A stretch of 64,000 nucleotides of DNA from the human T2T-CHM13v2.0 reference genome, Homo sapiens: assembly GCF_009914755.1 (NCBI RefSeq), contig NC_060936.1; one strand, given 5' to 3'. Positions 24,453-39,009 of this stretch are shown piece by piece. Below the pieces are notes generated by a model that worked only from the letters and a program-made list of their open reading frames with translations, ran no database searches and had not been told where the DNA came from. Each line of letters begins with the position of its first letter. Within the stretch, counting starts at the first letter, position 1. Made by a program: the position numbers and the translations under genes.

Positions 24453-27400
24453 GCTTCAACAAATTATTGGAAGTATCATTATGTTAAACCAGGACTTTAT
24501 TTCATATATTTACATAATTATATTTTGTTAATTATTTGGCTATAATATATACGTGTGCTAATAGTTAAGGGCTAAGTCCCACATACACCTTAGAAACTAC
24601 TATTTTCTTATGTAATTACTTCCTAATAAATGGGAGAGAGGGAGATCTAGAAAGATGTCTCACCAACGTAATTCTTATAACAAAATGAAATTTGTTATAT
24701 TTGAAAGAAGAAAAGTTCTTCATTTTGGAAAGAAAAAAAATCTTGTCATTGACAAAGAAGAAAAACTAATATTAAGTTTGGGTAAAGAAATTAACTGTGA
24801 AAATATCCCTCCCTCTGACACCCTCCTCAAATAAAAGCTTACACAGCACACATAAATTGGTAAAACAATCCCCACAGGTAAGATAAACATCATAAGTTGT
24901 CCACACAGACAAGAACGGATATGCTAAAAAAAAAAAAAAAGTATTTGAAATTACACTACAAATATTTTACTTGGTAGTAAAATACTTAAAGTATTTCTCA
25001 GCTCAGACTACTTTTGCCAAATCAGAAGTTTTCTTTTGCGTGGTTAAGAAAGCCAAGAGTATTCAAAATATTTTTTAAACGGTTCTACCTATGATTCCCT
25101 CTGTTTCCAGTGGAAGCATTGGCAAACACAATTTGGCTGTTAAGGGAGGGGAAAATGCAGTACATTTTTTTTTTCATTGTCAAAATATACTCTTAGTTAA
25201 GAAACCCCTAGTTGGAAATAATTGAAAATCTGTGAAGTATAATAAGTACCTACCCAGACTACATAGACTCTCAGAATTTGTTTCTCCTAAGACATGATTA
25301 CAGAATCAACTCAGGACACAATGCTAAATTCCTACAGTGCTTGTAAAAACTGCCACAGAAACAGCAAATCTATTTGCTAGTTTTTAAAGTAATCTTACAT
25401 TACTTGAATGTAATGTCATGTAAAATTCTATATAGAATTTTGTAAATAATGAGGGGCAGGGGGAGAGGGAGAGAATGAGAAAGAGTAAACTGTCATGTTT
25501 TAAGAAAAACTAGTTTAAAAATACACTCATGAAGCTAGTCAGAAGAAGAACATTTCAGAAATGATTCTCCTGGTACTGATATTTCACCTACAAACCCAAT
25601 CTTTTGTTTGTACTATATTATTACTTACTTGTTCACTTCTAGTAACTATATTCTTTCTATGGAGTTTGAGTGGTCTGAAGGCCCAGGAGACAGTCAAAAC
25701 ATTCAGCAAAACAGTTAAGCTCTTCTATTTTCTTTCTTTACATTAGTCGTTACATATAAACCCACTAAGGTTAGGAAGAATCTCCAAGCTCAAAGAAAAT
25801 GTAACTGTGAGACACAAAAACACAGTCAAATATTCAAGGTTTAGAATATTATGTTCATTTACTCGAATAATCTTTAAATTTGTCACAAGTGGTATTTCAA
25901 CAATAGTTCGGAATGTACCAATCAAAAAGAGGGTTCTAAGATCATTAAACAAAAATGGCATACACATATCGTGTTTTCACAAAACTTAGAGTGACCTTTT
26001 TCTAAATTATTTAAATATATGTTTAATTAACTCAGTACTAAGGGCTCATGCATATGTTTCTACATGTTGGACACTGCCCAGACAGTTACAGTACAACCAC
26101 ATGCTTTAAGAATTATCAAGTGTGTGTTCTCTGTCTCTCTCTCTCTCTTTATATTTTAGAATTGCTTATCATTATAGAATGGTAATAATAATCCTAATTA
26201 TTGTTCCAGGAATCGCCAAAATTTTATCATAATTTGAGTGAAATGCATAAGAAAAAAGGACACATTGACAAATTTTCAAATAGAGATGTAATATTTCATT
26301 TGTGACATCCACTGTTACACGTACATTCAAAGGAATAATAATAATTGATTATGTCTCTTACCTTTATTACTCGTCATCTCTTGCTTCTATTTTTACCTTG
26401 AGTGTTTATTAAAGTGTACAGAGTAAAACCAATAGGGTGCTTTGCCTACAAGTGTCAGGCAGATTTACTTGGTTACCAAGGTACAAAGGTCTACACGGGG
26501 AGGATGAGTTTATTTTATCTTTGACAAAATGATTAAAATGGCAGATAATATGCTTTTCATTTTGCTGAGAGCAAATACTTGAAAAGGAATTGTGAACGTG
26601 GTATATTGAGAATGCAATGACCTTCAAATTAAGGCATAACCCTGGCTTGTAAACTCTGAGATCATTTAATTTACTACTGTAGATATATGTTTACAATATG
26701 TAGAATATGCCTCTTTTCTAGGAGCAGATTGTTAAACATTTTTTTTTTGTATAGGAAATCTTCCTTTTAAAATATTGTTGGGGGTTAGTATTTTAAAATA
26801 AACCACTCTAAATATTCACATCCTCTATTTATATGAATAACAGGAAAAAATAAAAGCATCTCTTATTTCTCCCCCTTACTAATAGAACTAACAGGGTCTT
26901 GGGTGTAATGAAGGAAAGGCAGGCTCTTTAGCCCTCAACATTCTTCCAACTAGTGAGTTTCTAACGATATCTCAGAAATGGGCCAAAAAGCAGGAGGAAG
27001 CACTTGCATCCCCCAGGAAAGCTACAAGCAATGGGTAATAATCTCTGCTATTATATTTTAGAAATACTAAGAGAAAGTATAGATATGTCTTTTCATTAAT
27101 CTCATCTTTAAAAAAAAATCAAGGATATGTCAACACAGGGTTACTGAATCAAAAACATATTGATTGATATTACATATTTTTCAGCATCAATTTAAGAGTA
27201 AACATAGATTTTAGGGAAAACTGATGCATTTTGAAGATAGGCTTTTCCTTACCCCTGTAATTATAAGCTCTGAATAAGCTGTCTTAGAATTGTCTATTGT
27301 TGGCATTTACATAGTGTAGCAAAAGTTTTTCATTTTAATAAGAACAGTCTACTATCAACTATTTTCACTACTAAAAGCTGCTTTAGTGAGGTTTGCATGG

Positions 27401-30356
27401 GCATTGACTTACCAAAACTCTGCACACGCACCTTTTCAATCAATAAAAGATAATAAAATATTGATTGGTGAACAAGAGAAGCACCGAGAGAAAACACACA
27501 TATGAATTTGATAACTTGAATCTAAGCAAATATTCTAGAGATCTGATATTAATGAAGATGTGACTTACTAGATGCGAAAGGGCTCATTTTAGTCTTTTCT
27601 TTTCTCTACTCACCCTTTAATCACTACCATTTCCGAGTATTTGTTGTTTCTACTTGAATATGGCTATAGATTATACTGAGAAGACATCATCTTATTTCTA
27701 AATCAATCATTCTTAAACTTTTCCAATTCAACACATTTGAGGAACATTATACAATCCTACTGATAACAGTGGATTATGGCAGTAAATTTTAATTAGGGGG
27801 ATATTTTTCAAATGAGGAAAAGTATGATTTTAAAAGTGCCTTCTTCACTGGCCTTCTGAATCACATCCCATGGAAAGGTTATATCACATGGATGTGAATC
27901 ATTGCCAATTTCTTTAAGAATGAAACAGGATATTCCACTATTGATGTTTATGCCTGAGACGCCTACAATAAAAGTGCTGATGACTCGTTAAAGAGAATTT
28001 AGATAACACCAGTTATATACTCCTGGTTGCAAATGAAAAATACTGGTTTCATCCAAAGTCGGTAATATCTCAATGTAAAAATACCCATACATTTTCAGAA
28101 GATAAAAATATTAGTGAAGTAGGAAGATAAGAGAAATATAATTTCTAGCTGATCAGTAATTCCTTATTTTAGTCCTTGCTTCTAACAAATTCCTCCATAT
28201 ATAGGAAAGAGCAGATTTTTCTGCTTCATCCTAAAAAACAAAGAACGATTGCTACTCCCTTCCCCCCAGTTTCTATATACAGTCACTAAGATCCATCTGC
28301 ATTACAGTCGTCATTACAAATGATAGCTTTGCCAAATCTAGTCCCACAAATTGATATATTGGAAAAACTGGCATGAATATTTTAATGCCCTGCCATTCTA
28401 AAGAATAAGCTTTAGGCTTTATATTTATACATGAATATTAGGAATGTATACATGACTATACATGCATGTCTTTATACATTCAGGAACAGAACATATAATC
28501 AAATAGAAAAATTAAATGTTTGTTAAATTATTTTTATAATTAACTACAGAGCTATATTGTCATCTTTGATAAATGTGGGAAATTGAGGCACAGAAGTACC
28601 CTCTAGGTGATAACCAAACAGCATATGACAAAGAGCAGAAAGACTGGTAAAACGCCCAGGCCTTATGTGCTTTCCTCTCTGGTCTAAACACCAGATTGCC
28701 ATAGAGATTCCTATAAGGAATTCTTTAAGATGAGACCTGAATAGTTAAAGTAAATGAAAGATGCATTCTGAATATGGGAACTCTCAGCTATTATATTCCC
28801 TTCTTCATTTCTGGATGGTTCGTTAGCCCTCCACAAGTGTTTGGTACAATAAAGGAGCTACAAAGTGGTTCTAATGACTTTTCCAATTATTACACTTATC
28901 TCTGTTATATAGGAAATGGAAAGCAGCATGTAGGTATTTTTTTCCTTTATTCAAGGAATCAATACGTAAGACCACGTAAAACAACTTAAGAATGAACCAG
29001 TATTCTTAAAATAAGACATTTTAATGACTAAATGTTTTAGATGTTTAACAGCATTGTAACATTTCATTTAAAATGTCTAGAAATCCCCAGAATATGGAGA
29101 CTACCCCATTTTTAAAAACTGCATTTTTATTAAAAGCCTATTAAAATATTGTCCTTCTCTTTTCATTTACTTAGATCTTGACATGAAAAACAACAAATCT
29201 ATAGTTTACAAGTGCCCTTTCCAAATCCTTACCTTCAAAATCAGTGAAAGTTATAATTTATCTCACTTTGGAATGATAGTTGGCTAACGAAAGGGAAGCA
29301 TAAACTCACATTCACTTACATTTCTATGTGACCACTGAGAACGCTTGTAGAATTATGAAGTGCTCTTTCTTACTGTTTGGTCAAAGACCACTGACTAAAT
29401 CATCCCAAGAGCTCAAAGAGACATATGTAATGCCAGTAAGTGAGACGACAAAATTATATATTAGTACAATTCCATGAAAAGAAAATATTTAAAAGTGAGA
29501 AAATTACTGTACAGTCAAAGGAGCCTTCTCAACAAAAAATCCAAATACTGGATATTCCAAATATTTCAAATACTCAGATTACAGTATGGCCAAAATATAG
29601 ACATATTTTACTATACCAATAGTTTCATTATTATTGTTAACAATTCCATTTTACCCCATATACTATCAATGTAAGATAGAGCAAGATCTGTGCTATAGTA
29701 CTTTCAGGGTAATTGATGACACAATGTAGGCATCCTGAAAGCAAATCCTGAGATAATGGGGAAATGATATTTAGAGACAGAATAAATTACAAAACACTGA
29801 AACATCTGAACTGGAGCTCAGAGTGCTTGGGAGTGGTGGGAGAGGGATGTCACAGAGCACCTGACAATCAAGACTGCTTTTTGTGTTTTCAGCCTTCAAG
29901 TTGACAGAGAACTGTCGACACCTTATGGAAAAACTTGAAAAACATTCCAATAAGCAAGAGTTCTGCTGCTATATTTTCTTAACTTCCTGCCTTATAATTG
30001 TTATTCAGAGCAACTTTTAAAGAACAAAGCCCAAGTGTTTTCTTAAGTTTGGTTCTATGTTCGCCAATTCAAAAAAACAAACTTGTTTTCTGACATTGCC
30101 TGAGAAGAAATCACAATGTTTCAGAGATTCTTGACTTCTCAGCAGAATACACCATAGGTACTGATGCTTTCAAATATCACAGGGCTTGTATTTAAGCTGA
30201 ACACGCAATAAAGGGAATAGAGGATGAATGAAACATAATTATATGTTATAACCAAGTTACGATATATTATTGTCATATACTGTATCATTGGTGTTTTTCT
30301 ACTTAAAGCTAGTGGCTAAATTTCAAATTTGAGAAGTTTCTAAATGGAGAAAATAA

Positions 30357-30576
<220 letters not shown>

Positions 30577-31684
30577 GAGAATACTATTTTATAGCAAATT
30601 TTAATAAAATAGTCCCATAATCAGATGAGACAGAGGCAAACGGCAGAAATGACTTACTAGGGTATGATAAATTCATGCTAGGATTGAAAATATAATCTTT
30701 TTTCTTTAAGAGACACCAATCATTAAGCTTTGATATCAGAAAATCCTAGTTAGGTGGATGTTTTTGGGGTCATCTAGCCATTTCTTTTTTCTAACTATTC
30801 TCTTCCATTTCCACAGACCCCTCCTTTTACACCTACTAAAATTCTACTCTTCCATTTAATACGAGTTCCCCCAGGATACCTTACTTGATCTCTGCAATTA
30901 GACTATTAACTCTTTCCAAGACATGGCTTACCTATCCAGCCTCTGCCTAGATGCTTTTAGGGATGGTGTTTACTGCTTGACAAGGCACTGCATTTTTAAA
31001 CTACTATACATCCTAGAAGATTCTTTCTCACAGTGAGCCAAATTGAACTCCTTATACTTTTAAAATGTAATCAGTAAACATTTGAAGCCCATTTGACCTC
31101 AAGAACATCAGTTTTCATCTCACTCCTATTCCTGAGAAAAATTCTCAGATTACAGTAAAGTAAGTATGGCTAAACTTCTCTGATTCATTGTCTTCTCTTT
31201 CTGCTATTCTGGGGAAAAATAAACTCCTAAAGAAAAACTTACTGACTTGATTTTTCAGGCTTAGGGTACAATGCTGCGGAATTTTTTTTTTTCCAGTTCT
31301 TAATCTACTTTAAAGATCCCACAAACGGAGACTCTCCTCCTACAAACAGGGTTTTGCATTATTTAGGAAGCAGAACATTATTCTTCTTATTCAGTCTCAG
31401 TAAGTGATGCCTCCTAATCTTTAGGGGCTGAACTACCTGGCAGTCCCCAAAGTGGATGCTTCACCAATAAATGCCGCCTCAATATAGATGCTCACACCCA
31501 AGAAGCCTGCAGACTCTTTGACTGGAAGAAACTGGTTAGACCTAAGTCTTGGGTAGTAAATTGAGGGTAAAGCCATTTTACTAATACTGATGCATCTTCA
31601 ACCAGCCCTCAATTAATGACCTTCATCCAAGCAACGGATACAAAAGTTTCATAGACAAAGTACAGATACCTGTGTAAAAACATC

Positions 31685-32112
31685 TGTAATATGGACAAAA
31701 ATGTCCACAAATTCCTTTCATTCCTATATAAATATTCCATTTCAATGTGACTTGGCATCTATTTTTCCACCACCAAATCTTGTTCTGGGCATGTTTCTTG
31801 CTTTAGACCAATAAATAATAGCAGTAGTCCAGAAAAGTGCTTGTGCATTGGAACTTGTCTTTTCTCCTTGGCCTTTAACGCCACAGATTGACATGTGAAG
31901 AAGCCTAGGCTAATAGACTAGAAGGTGTGAGACCACATGGTGAGCGGCCCCAAGGATCCAAGCAGTCTCAGCCATCTCATCTTAAAAAATCATGAGCTAA
32001 ATAAAAAAATCATGAGCTAAATAAAAAAATCATGAGCTAAATAAAAGGGGGGCTATTTCCAACTAAAGTTTCGGAGTGGTCTATTAATCATCAAAAATGC
32101 TAACTTGATACA
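31685..32112 (+). mobile_element. MLT1-type MaLR solo LTR (MLT1F/G/H-like)
   Basis: Starts tgt...aaaatgtccacaaattc, contains 'catgtgaagaagccta', ends ...gctaacttgataca. Flanks acatc / acacc. Confidence 0.7.
31984..32046 (+). repeat. 20-bp tandem repeat, 3 copies (aaaaaatcatgagctaaata)
   Basis: Three perfect copies. Confidence 0.97.
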
Positions 32113-32210
32113 ACACCTTATCTGATGTACTAATCAATACTTTGTCACTACGGGTGCCCTATCAGTCAAAATGTCACTGAATTGGATGTTCTATAAAAAA
32201 CCTTCAAAGC

Positions 32211-33940
<1,730 letters not shown>

Positions 33941-34059
33941 TATCCAAGGAAATCATGTACAAGTACATCTTATCCTTCTGGAAATGATTGGTAATTGTCT
34001 TGAACAAAAAGATTGTACATTACAAATCTTCTTTTACTTTCTTATAATTTCTAGCCCCG

Positions 34060-34062
<3 letters not shown>

Positions 34063-34150
<88 letters not shown>

Positions 34151-34168
34151 CAGAGAGAGAGAGAGAGA
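34063..34168. repeat. Compound microsatellite (CA)19(GA)15 with GAGACA variants
   Basis: Counted directly from the sequence. Confidence 0.97.
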
Positions 34169-34393
34169 TTCCTTTCCTAATTATTGCAGAAAAAAATGGA
34201 GTCTCAAAAGAGCAAGAGAAAGGAAAAAGAAGTACAAATCCCCAGGTTTTATAATTAAACAAAATAGAATTGTAATTGTCTGTTTTCTTCCTTAACTCTA
34301 TTAATATTATGTGTGGCAAATAGTTGCTTGATTCCTTCCTTCCTCATCCCATACAAAGTTCGGGGAAGTTTCATTGCCTGCTTGCCCTCTCCC

Positions 34394-34431
<38 letters not shown>
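34394..34431. repeat. (TTTA)n tetranucleotide repeat
   Basis: About 9 copies, seen directly. Confidence 0.95.
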
Positions 34432-34433
<2 letters not shown>

Positions 34434-34591
34434 TTTTATTCTCAAACTTGAACACAGTCTGGGTTTTAGTTTCCTGATAGAAAATTCCTGATGCTTCTTC
34501 CTCTGCTTCTGGCATCACTTGGAATCACTTTGAATGTACTGTTTAAAACAACTTTTTAAAATTGTATTACAAGATTATCATTAACCAACTC

Positions 34592-34970
34592 TGATATGGT
34601 TAGGCAGTGTGTCCCCACCCAAATCTCATCTTGAATTGTAATCCCCAGAATCCCCGCGTGTCAAAGGGGAGACCAGGTGGAGGTAATTGAATCATGGGGC
34701 TTGCTTCCCCCATGCTGTTCTTGTGATAGTGAGTGAGTTGTCATGAGATCTGATGGTTTTATAAGGGGCTCTCCCTCCTTCACTCAGCACTTCTCCCTCC
34801 TGCCACCTTGTGAAGAAGGTGTCTTGCTTCCTCTTCACTTTCTGCCATGATTGTAAGTTTCCTGAGGCCTCCTCAGCCATGCTGAACTACGAGTCAATTA
34901 AACTTCTTTCCTTTATAAGTTACCCAGTCTCAGGCAGTTCCTTACAGCAATATGAAAATGGACTAATACA
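34592..34970 (+). mobile_element. THE1 (THE1D-like) MaLR solo LTR
   Basis: tgatatggtt...ccccacccaaatctcatcttgaattgtaatcccc through ggactaataca. TG...CA ends, ATTAAA signal and an imperfect 5-bp TSD (aactc / aacct). Confidence 0.92.
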
Positions 34971-35089
34971 AACCTCTTACCCTAACGGTCATTCTTATTG
35001 ATTAGCACTGAACTGGAAGATTAATTGTGCTCATTTTTACTATTAACTTTTACTTTTTGTTTTTTCATTCATCATGGAAAAAATTTTTA

Positions 35090-35243
35090 AACATTTTTTA
35101 TTATACTTTAAGTTCTGGGGTACATGTGCAGAACATGCAGGTTTGTTATATAGGTATACATGTACCGTGGTGGTTTGCTGCACCCATCAACCCATCATCG
35201 ACATTGGGTATTTCTCCTAGTGCTATACCTCCCATAACCCCCA
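35090..35243 (-). mobile_element. L1PA 3' end fragment (L1PA7/8-like)
   Basis: 'ttatactttaagttctggggtacatgtgcagaacatgcaggtttgtta' is the primate L1 3' terminus. Confidence 0.9.
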
Positions 35244-35244
35244 A

Positions 35245-36585
35245 ACTTTTAATTCTTATTGTGGTAAAATACACACAACATAGAATGTACAGTGTTAACT
35301 ATTTTAAAATGTACAATTCTATGACATTAAGTACACTCACAATGTTGTGAAACCACAAACTCTACTTCCAAAACATTTACACCACCCCAGAAGGAAACCC
35401 TGTAAACATTAAACAGTCACTTCCCATTCTTCCTTTCCCTGAGCCCAAAAACCACCATTCTACTTCCTGTCTCTATGAATTTGACTACTCTAGATACCTT
35501 ATATAAATGGAATTATACAATATTTGTACTTTTATGATTGGTTTATTTCACTTAGCACAATGTCTTCAAGGTTCATCCTTGTTGTAAAATGTGCCAAAAT
35601 TCCCTTCTCTTTATGGCTGAATAATATTACATTGTATATTACACTGTATGTACAGACACATGTTATGTATCTATTCAACCATTGAGAAAATTTGGCTCAC
35701 TTCTACTTTTTGGTTATTATTAGTGCTATTATAAATACTTGTGCAAAAGTGTGTGTGTGTGTTCTCATAATAACTTTTTGGTTATGATTAGTGCTGTTAT
35801 AAATACTTGTACAAAAGTGTGTGTGTCTGTGTATGTTCATTTTTCTTGAGTATGTATATAGAATTAGAATTGCTATCCCATATGGTAATTTTTGTGTTTA
35901 ATGTTTTGAGGCACTGCCAACCTGTTTTCTATAGCGGTTGCACCATTTCACATTCCAACCAGCAGTGTTTGAGGGTTCTAATTTCTCCACATCCTTACCA
36001 ATGCTAGTTATTTTTTGTTTGTTTGTTTGTTTTAAATTCTGACTGTCCTAGTCAGTTGAAGTTGTATCTCATCGTGGTTTTGATTTGCATTTCCTTTATG
36101 ACTAATGATATTGAGCATCTTTATAGGTACGTGGTGGCTATTTACGTATTTGGAGAAATGTTTATTCAAGTCCTTTGTCCATTTTTAAATTGGATCTTTT
36201 GTCTTTTTGTTGTTGAGTTGCAAGTATTATTTAATAACAGTAGACTTATTATATACAATTTGCAAATACTTTCTCCCACTCTGTGGGTTATGTTTATACT
36301 CTTTTATAGTGTCCTTTGCAGCATAAACATTTTATTTTTTTATAAAGTCCAGTTTATCTATTGTTTTGATACTTGTGCACTTTTTGTCATATCTACGAAA
36401 CAACTGCACAATTCAAGGTCATGAACATTTACCCCTATATTTTCTTCCAATAATTTTACAGGTTTTTTTTTTTAACTCTTATGTTTAATTATTTGCTCCA
36501 TTTGAAGTTTTTTTTTTATATGGTGTAAGGTAAGGGTCATCTTCATTCTTTTGGATGTGAATAGCCATTTGTCCCAACATTACTT
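35245..36585 (-). mobile_element. L1MB-type 3' fragment
   Basis: 'attgtggtaaaatacac...gacattaagtacactcacaatgttgtg', 'tctctatgaatttgactactctagatacc' and 'gttttgatttgcatttcc'. Confidence 0.88.
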
Positions 36586-38234
36586 TTACTTTTGGAGAAA
36601 TTTAATCAGCAATAAAACAAGTCAGGAATGAATTAATTAGCTTCTCTATGAACAACCCTCCCTCATGTATAGGATTGGTACATAAATGTTTTACCTTCAT
36701 AATATATATCACTACTGATCGCACTGTCATTTGATGTAGCTCTTCAAGCAAGGTGTCAACTTCCACTGTTGCATATTCCTCTGAAGTTTTATCCTACAGT
36801 ATCTCACTATCTTTATTAAAATGTAAAAGTCTACTGTATGATTCATCTCCCATATATTGCTATGTAAACTTTTAAGCATATATGTACTTCACTTAATTAT
36901 CCTCACTGTTACAATTTTTTCAGAGAAGTTCTGAGAATCTACACTATTCTATGTCACATCTATGATCTTCCACGGTTTCCTACTTTACCAACTTATTTCA
37001 TTATTTTCCTTTTACTTTATGAATTTTAGTCACTAGAGTGGTGTGATGCTTGGAAGTAGGTAGGTACTTCCTACCTAGGTAGTAGGTGTGATGCTTGGAA
37101 GTTCGTATGTGTCAGTGAGTTTTCTAAGTCATTGTGAGTACTTTATTGCTAATAAAATTGGTTACAAGTTGGAGTTAACTAAAGCAATATCAATACACAC
37201 ATCCTTATTAACCACTTAGGTCTATAAACGACCTTTAATACTTCCAGCATGAATCCTCTATTATAAATTTCCTGCTCTTGGGGTTTCCAGTGGCAGTCCA
37301 CTATTTTTACTCTTATCATAATTTTGCAGAGGCAATAGTGCTTTGGAAATATTTATTTTAGTATGCACATACACACACACGGTAGTTTTCAATTGCTTGG
37401 AAATTAGTATCAAGTTGACCCTTTAACTGAGTTGATTTACCCGCCCTTGCCCAATAGACTCCACCTGTAAATTATAGGACTTACTAACAGGACAAGTTTA
37501 GAGAACGGTCCAATGCATTTACAAATATGGATTTGAATGTTATCACTGTCTTGATAAACTAAATATTGTTCTTGAATATCAGAATAAATCTAGAATAAGA
37601 ACAAAAGCAAAATTTGCCCTAGTAAAGTAACTTTTCTTTCCAGAAATGTGTATAGTTTCTTTGCCTTGAACACTCTCAGCTCCTCCAGACTCTCTCTCTT
37701 CCATCCCTCTCCCAGAAAAGGCAGACTTGTGCAGCTCCTGAACACATACTTACCAAGGGTAGAGGTAAGTAGGAGCTAATTCCCCACCAGAAGGAAAGCT
37801 CTGAAATTAGCCATGTGTCCATATGCTCAGACTGGCGCTAGCCCTGGGTATCTTATGTGCCCTCCACCCAAGTACAGCTTTCTTGTTCACTGGGTTTCAA
37901 CGTAGTGTATGTCTAGCAAAATGGCTATTTGTTAGTTCTGGAATCATTCTTGATCTCAGTCTTCCTATCTAAGGCTCTGAGAACTTCTAAAATTTTTGTT
38001 TGCCACTTCTCTAAGAGGTCAAAACCTGATATCCATAATCCCCCAATCTCTGGCTAGGGTCTTATTCCAAATAAAGTTAATTTTCCACAATCATAACCCT
38101 GATGTGCAGTCTAAGTTCAATCTTTTCTTTCTGTAATAATCCACCTTCCAGTTGTGACATTTAAAAATATTCAGGCTGCATGTGATCAACCTCAAGATTG
38201 CTCTCTTGGAATTGTTGGCCCTACCCTTTGTGGG

Positions 38235-38653
38235 TGTTTTAGGCCGGGATTCTTGAGGAAACAGATCTTGAGATAGAAACTTGCATGCAGGAAGATTATT
38301 ATTGGGATCAACAGCCTGGGAAGAAACAGGATTGGTCAGAGAGAGGAACTGCACTATGATATAATCCAAACTAAAGCTTCAGCAGATCATACAGGAGTCT
38401 CTGGATCAGTTAGATCTGTCCTGAATTCGGATGAAGGAGCTACTTTGTTCTCCCTTTCATTAATCAATCACTGGATGCAGAGTGCCCACAGTAAGAGGGT
38501 GTGACATGGAACAAAGTAGTTATTTCCTGATGTAGTGAGTCCAGGAGGGTGACTTGGCTGAGAGTTACTGGCTGCCAAAAATCCTGGCAGTTGGGGGAAA
38601 GGAAGCTTCAGTCTTGGGAAGGGGATCTGGGTAGCATAACATATCATGTACTA
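38235..38653 (-). mobile_element. Old ERVL/MaLR LTR (LTR16-like)
   Basis: 'aaacagatcttgagatagaaacttgcatgcaggaag' and 'ggctgccaaaaatcctggcagttgggg...ggggatctggg'. Confidence 0.65.
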
Positions 38654-39009
38654 GAGTTAACTACATTTCAAATCCAAGCCACTATCCTATTGGTTTCTTG
38701 AAGATGTATTAAGTTTACTCACGGATGTAAATGCATTAGTTATGTCATAAAGTAAGAAAAGGCTTCCTCCTCCCTACACTGCCCCTTCATCAACAAATGG
38801 TGCTGATGGGATACTCCCCAATTCATTAATTAGCTGTGAGACAAGCTGTAAATCTTGTCTCTTATCTGCACCTTTGTTTGGTCAGCTGTAAAATGAGAAA
38901 TTTTGATGTGATGAGCTCTGAAGTTACCTTCCAACTCTACTATTCTATGATGAGAAGCAAATTGTGTCAGGTTAAATGTTACACAAAAGCAGAAATGCTA
39001 TTTATCAAA

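Noticed and set aside
24866-24883. + strand cacAG|GTAAGA recursive-like motif
   Set aside because: The pyrimidine tract is poor and it is on the strand opposite to the inferred transcription.
27975-28000. CTGATGA followed by a short stem, resembling a hammerhead ribozyme core (also at 41729 and 42888)
   Set aside because: No correctly placed GAAA and no stems I and III.
31984-32046. Short direct repeats resembling a CRISPR array
   Set aside because: The units are head-to-tail with no spacers, in eukaryotic LTR sequence.
35027-36424. ORFs of 107, 66 and 133 aa
   Set aside because: They are antisense readings of L1 3' sequence.
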